Shown: positions 13,501 through 26,765 of the stretch, one piece after another
Layout of the letters: the number at the start of each line of letters is the position of its first letter
How positions within the stretch are numbered: the stretch's first letter is position 1
Source of the DNA: Eledone cirrhosa
Lineage: Eukaryota
Assembly (NCBI GenBank): GCA_964016885.1
Contig: OZ024756.1
Span: forward strand, 992,001-1,056,000
DNA: 64,000 bases
Direction of reading: 5' to 3'
Made by a program: the position numbers and the translations under genes
The notes under the pieces: model-generated
Told to the model about the DNA's origin: nothing
Seen by the model: the letters and a program-made list of their open reading frames with translations, nothing else
Databases searched by the model: none

Positions 13501-16500
13501 ACTTAGGAGCTCTGTCAACCTGACACTTCTCTGTCAACCTGACACTTCTCTGTCAACCAGACACTTAGGAGCTCTGTCAACCTGACACTTCTCTGTCAAC
13601 CTGACACTTCTCTGTCAACCAGACACTTAGGAGCTCTGTCAACCTGACACTTCTCTGTCAACCTGACACTTCTCTGTCAACCAGACACTTAGGAGCTCTG
13701 TCAACCTGACACTTCTCTGTCAACCTGACACTTCTCTGTCAACCAGACACTTAGGAGCTCTGTCAACCTGACACTTCTCTGTCAACCAGACACTTAGGAC
13801 CTCTGTCAACCTGACACTTCTCTGTCAACCAGACACTTAGGAGCTCTGTCAACCTGACACTTCTCTGTCAACCTGACACTTCTCTGTCAACCAGACACTT
13901 AGGAGCTCTGTCAACCTGACACTTCTCTGTCAACCTGACACTTCTCTGTCAACCAGACACTTAGGAGCTCTGTCAACCTGACACTTCTCTGTCAACCTGA
14001 CACTTCTCTGTCAACCAGACACTTAGGAGCTCTGTCAACCTGACACTTCTCTGTCAACCTGACACTTCTCTGTCAACCAGACACTTAGGAGCTCTGTCAA
14101 CCTGACACTTCTCTGTCAACCTGACACTTCTCTGTCAACCAGACACTTAGGAGCTCTGTCAACCTGACACTTCTCTGTCAACCAGACACTTAGGACCTCT
14201 GTCAACCTGACACTTCTCTGTCAACCAGACACTTAGGAGCTCTGTCAACCTGACACTTCTCTGTCAACCTGACACTTCTCTGTCAACCAGACACTTAGGA
14301 GCTCTGTCAACCTGACACTTCTCTGTCAACCTGACACTTCTCTGTCAACCAGACACTTAGGAGCTCTGTCAACCTGACACTTCTCTGTCAACCTGACACT
14401 TCTCTGTCAACCAGACACTTAGGAGCTCTGTCAACCTGACACTTCTCTGTCAACCTGACACTTCTCTGTCAACCAGACACTTAGGAGCTCTGTCAACCTG
14501 ACACTTCTCTGTCAACCTGACACTTCTCTGTCAACCAGACACTTAGGACCTCTGTCAACCTGACACTTCTCTGTCAACCAGACACTTAGGAGCTCTGTCA
14601 ACCTGACACTTCTCTGTCAACCTGACACTTCTCTGTCAACCAGACACTTAGGAGCTCTGTCAACCTGACACTTCTCTGTCAACCTGACACTTCTCTGTCA
14701 ACCAGACACTTAGGAGCTCTGTCAACCTGACACTTCTCTGTCAACCTGACACTTCTCTGTCAACCAGACACTTAGGAGCTCTGTCAACCTGACACTTCTC
14801 TGTCAACCTGACACTTCTCTGTCAACCAGACACTTAGGAGCTCTGTCAACCTGACACTTCTCTGTCAACCTGACACTTCTCTGTCAACCAGACACTTAGG
14901 AGCTCTGTCAACCTGACACTTCTCTGTCAACCAGACACTTAGGACCTCTGTCAACCTGACACTTCTCTGTCAACCAGACACTTAGGAGCTCTGTCAACCT
15001 GACACTTCTCTGTCAACCTGACACTTCTCTGTCAACCAGACACTTAGGAGCTCTGTCAACCTGACACTTCTCTGTCAACCTGACACTTCTCTGTCAACCA
15101 GACACTTAGGAGCTCTGTCAACCTGACACTTCTCTGTCAACCTGACACTTCTCTGTCAACCAGACACTTAGGAGCTCTGTCAACCTGACACTTCTCTGTC
15201 AACCTGACACTTCTCTGTCAACCAGACACTTAGGACCTCTGTCAACCTGACACTTCTCTGTCAACCAGACACTTAGGAGCTCTGTCAACCTGACACTTCT
15301 CTGTCAACCTGACACTTCTCTGTCAACCAGACACTTAGGAGCTCTGTCAACCTGACACTTCTCTGTCAACCTGACACTTCTCTGTCAACCAGACACTTAG
15401 GAGCTCTGTCAACCTGACACTTCTCTGTCAACCTGACACTTCTCTGTCAACCAGACACTTAGGAGCTCTGTCAACCTGACACTTCTCTGTCAACCAGACA
15501 CTTAGGACCTCTGTCAACCTGACACTTCTCTGTCAACCAGACACTTAGGAGCTCTGTCAACCTGACACTTCTCTGTCAACCTGACACTTCTCTGTCAACC
15601 AGACACTTAGGAGCTCTGTCAACCTGACACTTCTCTGTCAACCTGACACTTCTCTGTCAACCAGACACTTAGGAGCTCTGTCAACCTGACACTTCTCTGT
15701 CAACCAGACACTTAGGACCTCTGTCAACCTGACACTTCTCTGTCAACCAGACACTTAGGAGCTCTGTCAACCTGACACTTCTCTGTCAACCTGACACTTC
15801 TCTGTCAACCAGACACTTAGGAGCTCTGTCAACCTGACACTTCTCTGTCAACCAGACACTTAGGACCTCTGTCAACCTGACACTTCTCTGTCAACCAGAC
15901 ACTTAGGAGCTCTGTCAACCTGACACTTCTCTGTCAACCTGACACTTCTCTGTCAACCAGACACTTAGGAGCTCTGTCAACCTGACACTTCTCTGTCAAC
16001 CTGACACTTCTCTGTCAACCAGACACTTAGGAGCTCTGTCAACCTGACACTTCTCTGTCAACCTGACACTTCTCTGTCAACCAGACACTTAGGAGCTCTG
16101 TCAACCTGACACTTCTCTGTCAACCTGACACTTCTCTGTCAACCAGACACTTAGGACCTCTGTCAACCTGACACTTCTCTGTCAACCAGACACTTAGGAG
16201 CTCTGTCAACCTGACACTTCTCTGTCAACCTGACACTTCTCTGTCAACCAGACACTTAGGAGCTCTGTCAACCTGACACTTCTCTGTCAACCTGACACTT
16301 CTCTGTCAACCAGACACTTAGGAGCTCTGTCAACCTGACACTTCTCTGTCAACCTGACACTTCTCTGTCAACCAGACACTTAGGAGCTCTGTCAACCTGA
16401 CACTTCTCTGTCAACCAGACACTTAGGACCTCTGTCAACCTGACACTTCTCTGTCAACCAGACACTTAGGAGCTCTGTCAACCTGACACTTCTCTGTCAA

Positions 16501-18125
16501 CCTGACACTTCTCTGTCAACCAGACACTTAGGAGCTCTGTCAACCTGACACTTCTCTGTCAACCTGACACTTCTCTGTCAACCAGACACTTAGGAGCTCT
16601 GTCAACCTGACACTTCTCTGTCAACCTGACACTTCTCTGTCAACCAGACACTTAGGTGCTCTGTCAACCTGACACTTCTCTGTCAACCTGACACTTCTCT
16701 GTCAACCAGACACTTAGGAGCTCTGTCAACCTGACACTTCTCTGTCAACCAGACACTTAGGACCTCTGTCAACCTGACACTTCTCTGTCAACCAGACACT
16801 TAGGAGCTCTGTCAACCTGACACTTCTCTGTCAACCTGACACTTCTCTGTCAACCAGACACTTAGGACCTCTGTCAACCTGACACTTCTCTGTCAACCAG
16901 ACACTTCTCTGTCAACCTGACACTTCTCTGTCAACCTGACACTTCTCTGTCAACCTGACACTTCTCTGTCAACCTGACACTTCTCTGTCAACCTGACACT
17001 TCTCTGTCAACCTGACACTTATCTGTCAACCTGACACTTCTCTGTCAACCAGACACTTAGGAGCTCTGTCAACCTGACACTTCTCTGTCAACCTGACACT
17101 TCTCTGTCAACCAGACACTTAGGAGCTCTGTCAACCTGACACTTCTCTGTCAACCTGACACTTCTCTGTCAACCAGACACTTAGGAGCTCTGTCAACCTG
17201 ACACTTCTCTGTCAACCTGACACTTCTCTGTCAACCAGACACTTAGGAGCTCTGTCAACCTGACACTTCTCTGTCAACCAGACACTTAGGAGCTCTGTCA
17301 ACCTGACACTTCTCTGTCAACCTGACACTTCTCTGTCAACCAGACACTTAGGAGCTCTGTCAACCTGACACTTCTCTGTCAACCTGACACTTAGGTGCTC
17401 TGTCAACCTGACACTTCTCTGTCAACCTGACACTTCTCTGTCAACCAGACACTTAGGTGCTCTGTCAACCTGACACTTCTCTGTCAACCTGACACTTCTC
17501 TGTCAACCAGACACTTAGGGGCTCTGTCAACCTGACACTTCTCTGTCAACCAGACACTTAGGGGCTCTGTCAACCTGACACTTCTCTGTCAACCAGACAC
17601 TTAGGAGCTCTGTCAACCTGACACTTCTCTGTCAACCTGACACTTCTCTGTCAACCAGACACTTAGGTGCTCTGTCAACCTGACACTTCTCTGTCAACCT
17701 GACACTTCTCTGTCAACCAGACACTTAGGTGCTCTGTCAACCTGACACTTCTCTGTCAACCTGACACTTCTCTGTCAACCAGACACTTAGGAGCTCTGTC
17801 AACCTGACACTTCTCTGTCAACCTGACACTTCTCTGTCAACCAGACACTTAGGAGCTCTGTCAACCTGACACTTCTCTGTCAACCTGACACTTCTCTGTC
17901 AACCAGACACTTAGGTGCTCTGTCAACCTGACACTTCTCTGTCAACCTGACACTTATCTGTCAACCAGACACTTAGGTGCTCTGTCAACCTGACACTTCT
18001 CTGTCAACCTGACACTTCTCTGTCAACCAGACACTTAGGGGCTCTGTCAACCTGACACTTCTCTGTCAACCAGACACTTAGGAGCTCTGTCAACCTGACA
18101 CTTCTGTCAACCAGACACTTAGGAG
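10526..18125. repeat. 7.6 kb satellite of 19-bp (ctctgtcaacctgacactt) and 24-bp (ctctgtcaaccagacacttaggag) monomers, with 62- and 43-bp higher-order units
   Basis: Directly visible tandem array; internal inverted motif tgtca-acc-tgaca. Confidence 0.97.
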
Positions 18126-18159
18126 TTGTTGAAATCGATCGAAATATATGAGACATACT

Positions 18160-18365
18160 TCCAAGGCCAGCAATTTGAGGGAAGGGGTAAATAGATTATA
18201 TCGACGCCAGTACGTAACTGGTATTATATTCTATGCCCCCCCCCCCCACGCACCGGGAAAAAGGAAATACAAAGCTGGCTTTGAACCCAGAATGTAGAAA
18301 GTTGTAACTAAATACCACAACACATTCTGTCCGACTCACCACCGACACTGTCAATTCCTCCGCCC
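18160..18365 (-). mobile_element. Degenerate Nin/Deu-type SINE
   Basis: caaggccagcaatttgagggaagggg...tcgacgccagtacgtaactggta. Confidence 0.6.
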
Positions 18366-18479
18366 TAACATACCCCCAACATAATGGACTCTTCTTCAAA
18401 GTAATATAACAAATTTCTTGTTCTATATTCAAAGGTAAAATTGAATAAGACATTCTCGGACTGCCGCTAGTAATTTACT

Positions 18480-18900
18480 ACTTTGACGCTAAACTCCGTC
18501 AGTTGCAGACTGCGCATTAACATGTGATATCTCTCTCCACAAAGTTCGATCACCAGCAGCAGAGTTTAAAGTGCATAGATCAAGTACAGTCCATAAGTTG
18601 ACATTATCAAGCTATCGTTTTGGCTGCCGACCTCTGCTTCTCTTACCAGCCAACCTTCCTTCCAGGTATAACCTACTCACACCGTATAGTTTAAGTAGTC
18701 TTGACTTGACAATTGTTGTAATTGTTCTAAGTTTGGTAATGTTGAGCAGCTCACTGATACAGATACGGTCGCTGAGCCGCTTGCCAGTCATAAGTCACAT
18801 GATGTGGTTCTGGAATATAGAGCTTCTGAAGGGACCTTGTCGTCCAATTAACACAGTCAAGACCATATAACACAACAGGTAGGATGTAAGTATCAAAGAT
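18480..18900 (-). pseudogene. RTE-clade LINE C-terminal fragment
   Basis: Reverse translation YGLDCVNWT...SRLLKLYG...LEGRLAGKRSRGRQPKR*LDNV...AAGDRTLWRE, typical RTE post-RT region with stops. Confidence 0.65.
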
Positions 18901-19199
18901 GTTAGCCTTCAAATGATAGGAAATTAGTAATTTAACAACAGACTAAATATACCATACCGACATTTACCATATACTTCGATGGATATTATGTGTGGTAAGA
19001 TTATCTTTCACCACATTCACACATTACTACATTCAGAGTTCCGTAGGTAAGATACTAATAAACAATTAGACTGCTTGGTTAGGACTTACAACAACTGCAG
19101 GAAAGGACATTTACGAATTACCTTGACATGCTAGAAATAGCAGTTAAGTCTTCACCAGCTAGCCACCTACTTACCAAATTACACCGTACTGTCTTAAGA

Positions 19200-19598
19200 C
19201 CAACAATTTTTTTGGGGGGAGGAGAAAGTCGATTAAATCGATCCCTGTATTTAATTGGTACTTTATTTTATCGACCCCAAAAAGATGAAAGATAAAGCTA
19301 ACCTCGGTGGGATTTGAAATCAGAACGTAAAAAAAAAACCTATCCAATTGCCGCAAAGCATGGTGTCTGACGCTCTACCGATTCTGCCAATAATGATTTC
19401 TAGTATAGGAATGAGGCCAGTAATTTGGGGGAGGGGAAATCGATTAAATCGACCCCAGTACGTTACTGGTGCTTTATTTCATCGACCCCCTAAGGATGAA
19501 AGGCAAAGTTAACCTCGGTGGGATTTGAACTCAGATCATAAAGGGTCGTAACTCTATGCTGCAAAGCATATTGTCCGACACTATACCGATACTGCCAA
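19200..19598 (-). mobile_element. Two tandem Nin/Deu-type SINEs (19200-19390 and 19410-19598)
   Basis: Both carry the atcgacccc..gatgaaag..aacctcggtgggatttgaa core and B-box. Confidence 0.75.
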
Positions 19599-19819
19599 TC
19601 CTAATATTCTGCCAACAACAACAATAACAGCCCTAAGTGAGCTCCAACCGAGGACCAATCTGGGGTATGACGATTACAACAATGTACAATTGTACCAGGG
19701 TTAGTATAACTTTGAAAAGATTTTATTAACAAAAACAGAAACCCCAAAATATTATAATTAAAATCTTTATAAACTTTAAACATTATTTCAACGGAGTAAT
19801 CTTCTCTTGACAATTAGAT

Positions 19820-20160
19820 AACTCTCAAGTCTTGAATAATCGTCCACCCTCCCCACCGCCACCGCTTATTAAATTTTCAGATCCCCCCCCCCCCCCCCCC
19901 CATTGCGTATTAGATTTTGCTAATCTATCTCCGGTGAAATTTTATTGTAAGTGATTCATATCGATACAGCAGCTGGAGAATCTAATGATTTTATTTTACA
20001 TTAAAAAAAAACATTATATATGACAAAAAACCCAAACATTAGAAGAAATCCCATATTTACGAACGTACACCGATTCCCCCCCCTCACTTATAAGAATTGA
20101 AACATGTCCACCCCTCCCCCGCTTATTTCACCCCGCCCTATTATTTGGGACCCGAGAGTA
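19820..20160. mobile_element. Probable MITE
   Basis: Imperfect TIRs actctcaagtcttgaataat / attatttgggacccgagagta. Confidence 0.45.
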
Positions 20161-20339
20161 ATTGTCTAAATAGCGGGACTTAACTAATCGCTTCCTTTTC
20201 CTGCTCGTCGATGTCAAGATATCTCCTATCGTCGGTTCCCGTGTTGCCTCTTTCCTCCTCAAAAACAGAAGAGTGTGTCCTGTCAGAGGGAGGAGTCATG
20301 TAAGATGGAATAGCTGACCTAGCGAGTATCACTGGCTGT

Positions 20340-20960
20340 TTTCAGCAGCAATACATTCGCTATCTTGTTCGCGGAGACCTCAGGCGTCCTTGGACCCCGT
20401 ACTGCCGAGCTTCTCCGCAAGATCGGAGCGTCGGCGGCCCGTCTGAGGACGGAGCCCCGTGAGGCCGGGTTGTTGTTGCAGCAGGTGTCACTCCTCCGCA
20501 AGATCGGAGCGTCGGTGGCCCGTCTGAGGGGGGAGCCCCACGAGGTTGGGTGGCCGTTGCAGTGGGTGTCACTCCACCGCAAGATCGAAGCGTCGGCGGC
20601 TCATCTGAGGAGAGGGGGAATCCCTCAAGGTGGGATGGCTGTTGCAGCGGGTGTCACTGGTCATCGTCTGGGGGAATACTTTTGTCGTCTTGTCAGTAGG
20701 GCGCAGCACTCCTGCCTCCTTGTCCTAGGCCCAAAGCCCAATCCCCCTCCTCCTTCATCCCTCCCCTCTCTTCTACGAGACCAGAGCTCTTGCCATCCCC
20801 TCCTCTTCCCGTTCTTTTACTTCTTTCTTTCTTTCTTTTTTTTCTTCTATATTTCCCTATTCTTTCTTTCTCTTTGTTTCCCCCTTTTTAAAAATTTTTT
20901 CTTACTAAATTTTATTTTAAAAATAAACATCTATGTATATTTTCAAAAATAAAAAAAAGA
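20340..20960 (+). mobile_element. 3' fragment of a restriction-like-endonuclease non-LTR element (CRE-like) with an internal 81-bp triplication
   Basis: GC-rich island translating FAETSGVLGPRTAELLRKIG...EAGLLLQQVSL...VIVWGN, resembling the CRE C-terminal ETxGxxG...QRxSxAxQRGN block; pyrimidine-rich UTR and A-rich end. Confidence 0.6.
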
Positions 20961-21237
20961 CAAAGTTGACATATATACCACCCTACCAATGGTGTGGAGT
21001 TTACCACCTCCCTTACACCTCCCCTCCTTATTTTCTATCATTTACCCCTCACCCCACTTTCTATCTCTCCTATTTATTATTTTAATTCCTTTCTTAATAC
21101 TTCTATCAAGTAGATTTCTATTCACTAATACACAGAACAATACGTACTAGCTCTGTTCTACAGAACAACTATTAGGGCCATTAATATTTATTAAACACTA
21201 TTCCAAAGATTCACAACAACTTCTTTACATAATATGG

Positions 21238-22229
21238 AACTGGGAAATTATAACACACATAACCCTATCAGTGAAGCCCTTTAGTATAAGTCAACTGGGA
21301 AATTATAACACACATAACCCTATCAGTGAAGCCCTTTAGTATAGGTCAACTGAGGAATTATAACACACATAACCCTATCAGTGAAGCCCTTTAGTAGAGG
21401 TCAACTGGGAAATTATAACACACATAACCCTATCAGTGAAACCCTTTAGTATAGGTCAACTGGGAAATTATAACACACATAACCCTATCAGTGAAGCCCT
21501 TTAGTATAGGTCAACTGGGGAATTATAACACACATAGCCCTATCAGTGAAGCCCTTTAGTATAGGTCAACTGGGAAATTATAACATACATAACCCTATCA
21601 GTGAAGCCCTTTAGTATAGGTCAACTGGGAAATTATAACACACATAACCCTATCAGTGAAGCCCTTTAGTATAGGTCAACTGGGGAATTATAACACATAA
21701 CCCTATCAGTGAAGCCCTTTAGTATAGGTCAACTGGGAAATTATAACACACATAACCCTATCAGTGAAGCCCTTTAGTATAGGTCAACTGGGAAATTATA
21801 ACACACATAACCCTATCAGTGAAGCCCTTTAGTATAGGTCAACTGGGAAATTATAACACACATAACCCTATCAGTGAAGCCCTTTAGTATAGGTCAACTG
21901 GGGAATTATAACACACATAACCCTATCAGTGAAGCCCTTTAGTATAGGTCAACTGGGAAATTATAACACACATAACCCTATCAGTGAAGCCCTTTAGTAT
22001 AGGTCAACTGGGAAATTATAACACACATAACCCTATCAGTGAAGCCCTTTAGTATAGGTCAACTGGGAAATTATAACACACATAACCCTATCAGTGAAGC
22101 CCTTTAGTATAGGTCAACTGGGAAATTATAACACACATAACCCTATCAGTGAAGCCCTTTAGTATAGGTCAACTGGGGAATTATAACACACATAACCCTA
22201 TCAGTGAAGCCCTTTAGTATAGGTCAACT
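21238..22229. repeat. 55-bp minisatellite, about 18 copies
   Basis: Unit aactgggaaattataacacacataaccctatcagtgaagccctttagtataggtc. Confidence 0.97.
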
Positions 22230-22299
22230 AACAGAAAACTGTATTACGGTTACGAAAAAATTCTAAATAAATCTACAAGGTAAAATTTAAAAACGATCA

Positions 22300-22367
22300 T
22301 CGCGGGCCACTCTGACTGGTCAGGCGGGCCGGATTGTGGCCAGCGGGCCACCTGTTGCACACCCTTG
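22300..22367. mobile_element. hAT-type terminal fragment
   Basis: gcgggccggattgtggccagcgggccacctgttgcacacccttg resembles hAT MITE ends. Confidence 0.45.
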
Positions 22368-22444
22368 TAATACAGGCTTCAACCTGCTGTATTAATAGAT
22401 AGATATTGATAATTGTTTCTAGGTATATAACCAGTTTTTACGCA

Positions 22445-22600
22445 GTGAATTGGCAGAGTCGTTAGAACGTCAGATAGAATGCTTTATGGTATTCATTCCG
22501 TCTCTCTGCTCTCTGAGTTCGAATCCCGTCTAGGTTAACTTTGCCTTTCATCTTTTCGAGGTCGATAAAAAAAAGTACCAGTCTAGTACTGGGGTGGATT
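22445..22600 (+). mobile_element. Nin/Deu-type SINE
   Basis: A-box tggcagagtcg, B-box gagttcgaatccc, core ctttgcctttcatcttttcgaggtcgataaaa..gtaccagt. Confidence 0.8.
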
Positions 22601-23032
22601 CTTCCTTTATATCTTTTTCTCATTTCCACTCTCGCACTTTCTATCTTTCTCTGGAAGAAATTTGCTGTACTCTGGCCTGGAGAGGGATGAGATCCGCCAG
22701 GCTTAAAATGTCCAAGAAAGGCCATATGTCAATATAGCGCCCCTACGACTCTCTCAGGAGTTACGGGACCATACCATACATACATAATCATTTTTATGCA
22801 GGGCTTCCCTGAGACATGAAAACAATTTCAAGGGTTCCACGAGGGTAAAAAGGTTGATAAACGCTATATATAATTATTTATAAGAGCCAAGAACTACTGT
22901 GTTATCTTTATTTCAACTATATCTTTCTAACAGTGCCGAAATGAGCTTATTGTGCGAAACTCCGAGTATGTTAGACGTGAATTTATACATGAGCTTTACC
23001 ATAAGTATTGAGTACTCATTTTCTCGTTTGTG

Positions 23033-23098
<66 letters not shown>

Positions 23099-23102
<4 letters not shown>

Positions 23103-23634
23103 AGGTCCCACTCGAGTGCTACTGGTAACATGTAACTCAGTATAACCTGTCTCATGCTCAGGTTGTCGGCGACTAAACCGGCAACCCCACCATGCTTGCT
23201 TGGTGAGGAGGGTGATATTTGGACACCCTGTGGGATGAAATACAAGACCCGGCAAATGGCGGAGGAACTCAGCAGAGTCAACGGCCATCCAAATAGGACT
23301 TTTTATTTTTTTTCACCTAGGAGTGAAAGGCCCCCATTTGTTGTCACAACACCTTTCTAGGAGAGGGAAACTCTGAAAAACAAAACAAAAAAACCTGGGG
23401 CTTCGGAAACATCCGATGATGTTGACCAGTTCCTTTTTTCGGGTAGTATTTACGATGCTCAGAGAGTGGGATTGGTCGAGTGCAAGGCCTTTCCCTACTT
23501 AAAAAAACCTTCAAAACACAGACATTGCTTGTTCAGGATATGTTTCAGGTTAATGTGGCTGGCCGTAGCCTAAAGGTGCACCAAACTCTATAATCTGACA
23601 AGCGGTTGCCTCTTAGCAGGGTTTGCAGCCATCA
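23099..23634 (+). mobile_element. Non-autonomous RTE-related element, copy 1
   Basis: Homologous to 26766-27385 (tcaggtc..gtgctactggtaacatgta..ggcgactaaac.ggcaaccccacca); (TA)n flanks. Confidence 0.55.
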
Positions 23635-23646
23635 TGTATATATATA

Positions 23647-23865
23647 TTTAATTAGAAAGTGAACGCAAAATATAATTACTCCATTACCAAAGGTTTCTGG
23701 ATCACAAGCGATAATAATATACTTCTGGATCGGTCGTCAGAGATATTATAGATCTATAACATCTCTGTCTGACGACCGATCCAGAATTATATTATTATTG
23801 TCTGTGATCCAGAAACCTTTGGTAATGGAGTAATTATATCTTGTGTTGTTCAATTTCTAATTAAA
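23647..23865. repeat. Diverged fold-back element, about 105-bp arms
   Basis: Mirror around ttatagatctataa (about 23747-23760). Confidence 0.85.
23763..23830 (+). ncRNA. Type-I hammerhead ribozyme (family E)
   Basis: ctctgt-CTGACGA-...-GAAA-CCTTTGG-TA-atggag; mirror copy in the left arm. Confidence 0.65.
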
Positions 23866-23921
23866 CAGCTCTGTTCTATACATAGAGCACTCTTTTTTCC
23901 TTTGTTTTTTCTTCGGAATTA

Positions 23922-23962
<41 letters not shown>

Positions 23963-24183
23963 TATTGCTTTTATCCTTCTATGTTGTTTACTTGTCCCCC
24001 TCGCTTTACGCTATTTACTGGTCCCAATAACTTTTTTTAGTTATTGCTCGCACCAACCTGAGGTATATGATTTTTAATGCGATGAAATACCAATGATGGT
24101 TGGAAAATCACTGACGAAGGACTATTTTTATCATATGTAACCCATGTGCAACACGCAGTATTCTTCTTTCTTCTCATGTTTTT

Positions 24184-24214
<31 letters not shown>

Positions 24215-24794
24215 TTCTCATATTATGTCATGGTTTACATTGCAGAGTGACCAATTCTTCCCAGTGAAATTCCCACTAAATTTAAACATATATATATATA
24301 TGTGTGTGTGTGTGTGTAGATATATATATGTGTATATGTGTGTGAGCGCGTGTGTGTATGCGTGTGCATATTATATATATATATATGTGTGTGTATGCGT
24401 GTGCATATATGTGTGTGTGTGTGGAGATATATATATGTGTATATGTGTGTGTGTGGAGATATATATATGTGTATATGTGTGTGAGCGCGTGTGTGTATGC
24501 GTGTGCATATTATATATATATATATGTGTGTGTATGCGTGTGCATATATGTGTGTGTGTGTGGAGATATATATATGTGTATATGTGTGTGTGCGCGTGTG
24601 TGTATGCGTGTACATATTATATATATATGTGTGTGTGTGCCTATATATATGTGTATGTATGTATACGACTGTGTGTATTCTCTCTCTCTCCGTGTAGTGC
24701 CAGCAAGAAACCAATCGATACAATAGAAAGACAGACAGAACCAATGTATAAAATAGATAGACTTCATGTCTAGCTTGTGATGAGAAAATATCGA

Positions 24795-25459
24795 TTGGTG
24801 ATGGTGGTGGTGGTGGTAGTGTTGGTGGCGGTGGTGGTGGTGGTAGTAGTGTTGGTGGTGGTAGTGTTGACTATAGTGGCGGTGGTGTTGGTAGTAGTGT
24901 TGGTGGTGGTGGCGGTGGTGGTAGTAGTGTTGGTGGTGGTAGTGTTGACTATAGTGGTGTTGGTGGTGTTGTTTGTCGTGTTGTTGGTGGTGGTGGTGAT
25001 GATGGTAGAGATGACGGTGGCGTTGGTGATGACGGTGGTGGTGTTGTTTGTCGTGTTGTTAGTTGTGGTGGTAGTAATGGTAGTGGTGATGACGATAGTG
25101 GTGTTGGTGGTTTTGTTTGTTGTTGTTGTTGTTGTTGTTGGTGGTAGTGGTGTTGTTAGTTGTGGTGGTAGTAATGGTAGTGGTGGTGTTATTGGTGGTG
25201 ACCATAGTGGTGGCGTTTCTTGTTGTTTTAAGTATTGCAGGCGTTGGTGATGGTTGTGTTGCTGTTGTTGTATAGCAGTTGCTGCAGCTGCTGCTGGTGT
25301 TGCTGCTGCTGTTGTTATTGCAGTTACTGCTGCTGTTGTTGTTCCATTTCTGCTGCTGTTGGCATTTACTGCTGTAATCGCTGCTGTTACTACTACTGTT
25401 ACTGCTGCTACTATAGCTACTGCTGCTACTACTGCTATTACTGCTGCTGCTACTACTAT

Positions 25460-25495
<36 letters not shown>

Positions 25496-25617
25496 CACTA
25501 CTACTATTACTGCTGCTACTACTACAGCTACTGCTGCTACTACTATTGCTACTGCTACTGTTACTGCTGCTAGTATAGCTATTGCTGCTGCTACTACTAC
25601 TATAGCTATTGCTGCTG

Positions 25618-25701
<84 letters not shown>

Positions 25702-25752
25702 GTGCTGCTACTACTGCTATTAATGCTACTACTAGTACTACTACCACCACGG
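24795..25752. repeat. Compound trinucleotide repeat (GGT/GTT to GCT to ACT)
   Basis: Directly visible low-complexity sequence. Confidence 0.9.
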
Positions 25753-25881
25753 TAAGGATGTTTTGAAATATCAGTTCATCGCGCGGTAAAATTGATTGAT
25801 AATAAAAAACAAAACAAGACAAAACTAAATGGAATCGTGTAAAGAAATAAACTTGGCATTACATCCCCGAAATTTCGTAAG

Positions 25882-25953
25882 GTGTCAGTGGTGTAATGGT
25901 TAGCATGGTTGCCTCCCAAGCAGCCGGTCCGGGTTCGATCCCCGGCTGACGCA
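25882..25953 (+). tRNA. tRNA-Gly (anticodon CCC)
   Basis: Acceptor GTGTCAG/CTGACGC plus A; D-arm with tggtgtaatgg; anticodon arm gttgc-ctCCCaa-gcagc; T-arm ccggg-ttcgatc-cccgg; T8 terminator at 25961-25968. Confidence 0.92.
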
Positions 25954-26124
25954 GTTGTTATTTTTTTTCAAATTTCATTCATAGAACGCTACTTCCATCT
26001 GTCCTACTTTCACTTTCGGTATAGGTTAACCTATTTCGATCCCTTATCGAAGATTAAATACCAATAGATCACGTTCTCCATCTCTACTGGGAGAAATTAC
26101 CTTGACTCGTCCTTATTTATTTTT

Positions 26125-26280
26125 TTTTATTGATTTCAGTCACTAGGATGTGGCTATGCTGGAGTATCCTTTAAAGGGATTTAGTCATTTCTGTCGACCC
26201 TGGTGCCAATTTTTTCAAATAAAGTATTTAATTTATCGATCTATTTTTGTCGAATTGCTAAGTTACATGATATAAATTTA
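26125..26280 (-). mobile_element. SINE with LINE-derived 3' tail
   Basis: Minus strand ends ctccagcatagccacatcctagtgactgaaatcaataaaa, similar to the LINE tail at 62180-62230. Confidence 0.6.
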
Positions 26281-26291
26281 GAAACAAACTT

Positions 26292-26395
<104 letters not shown>

Positions 26396-26604
26396 TGTGC
26401 AAGAACAGGCGTCTTGTGTGTTTGTATGTATATGTATATATATATATATATAGATATATTGGTATATTTAATGAAGGTGATATTGTTATAATATTGCCAG
26501 AAATATATAATAAAACACTCTCACTATTTGGTATGGGTTGGTTTTCACTTCCAAATATTTTATATCCCTATAGTTAATTTACCTGCCAATCGACGGCTAT
26601 TTCT

Positions 26605-26650
<46 letters not shown>

Positions 26651-26652
26651 AC

Positions 26653-26720
<68 letters not shown>

Positions 26721-26765
26721 ACATGTATATATATATATATATATATGTGTGTTTATATATATTTA

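Noticed and set aside
10526-18125. CRISPR-like appearance of a short dyad-containing repeat
   Set aside because: No unique spacers, no cas genes, eukaryotic context; it is a tandem satellite
21238-22229. Possible CRISPR or telomeric array
   Set aside because: Units are contiguous without spacers and contain only one taaccct each
24770-25822. 350-aa Val/Ala/Thr-rich ORF that looks mucin-like
   Set aside because: Trinucleotide repeats are open in several frames on both strands; no domain or splice evidence
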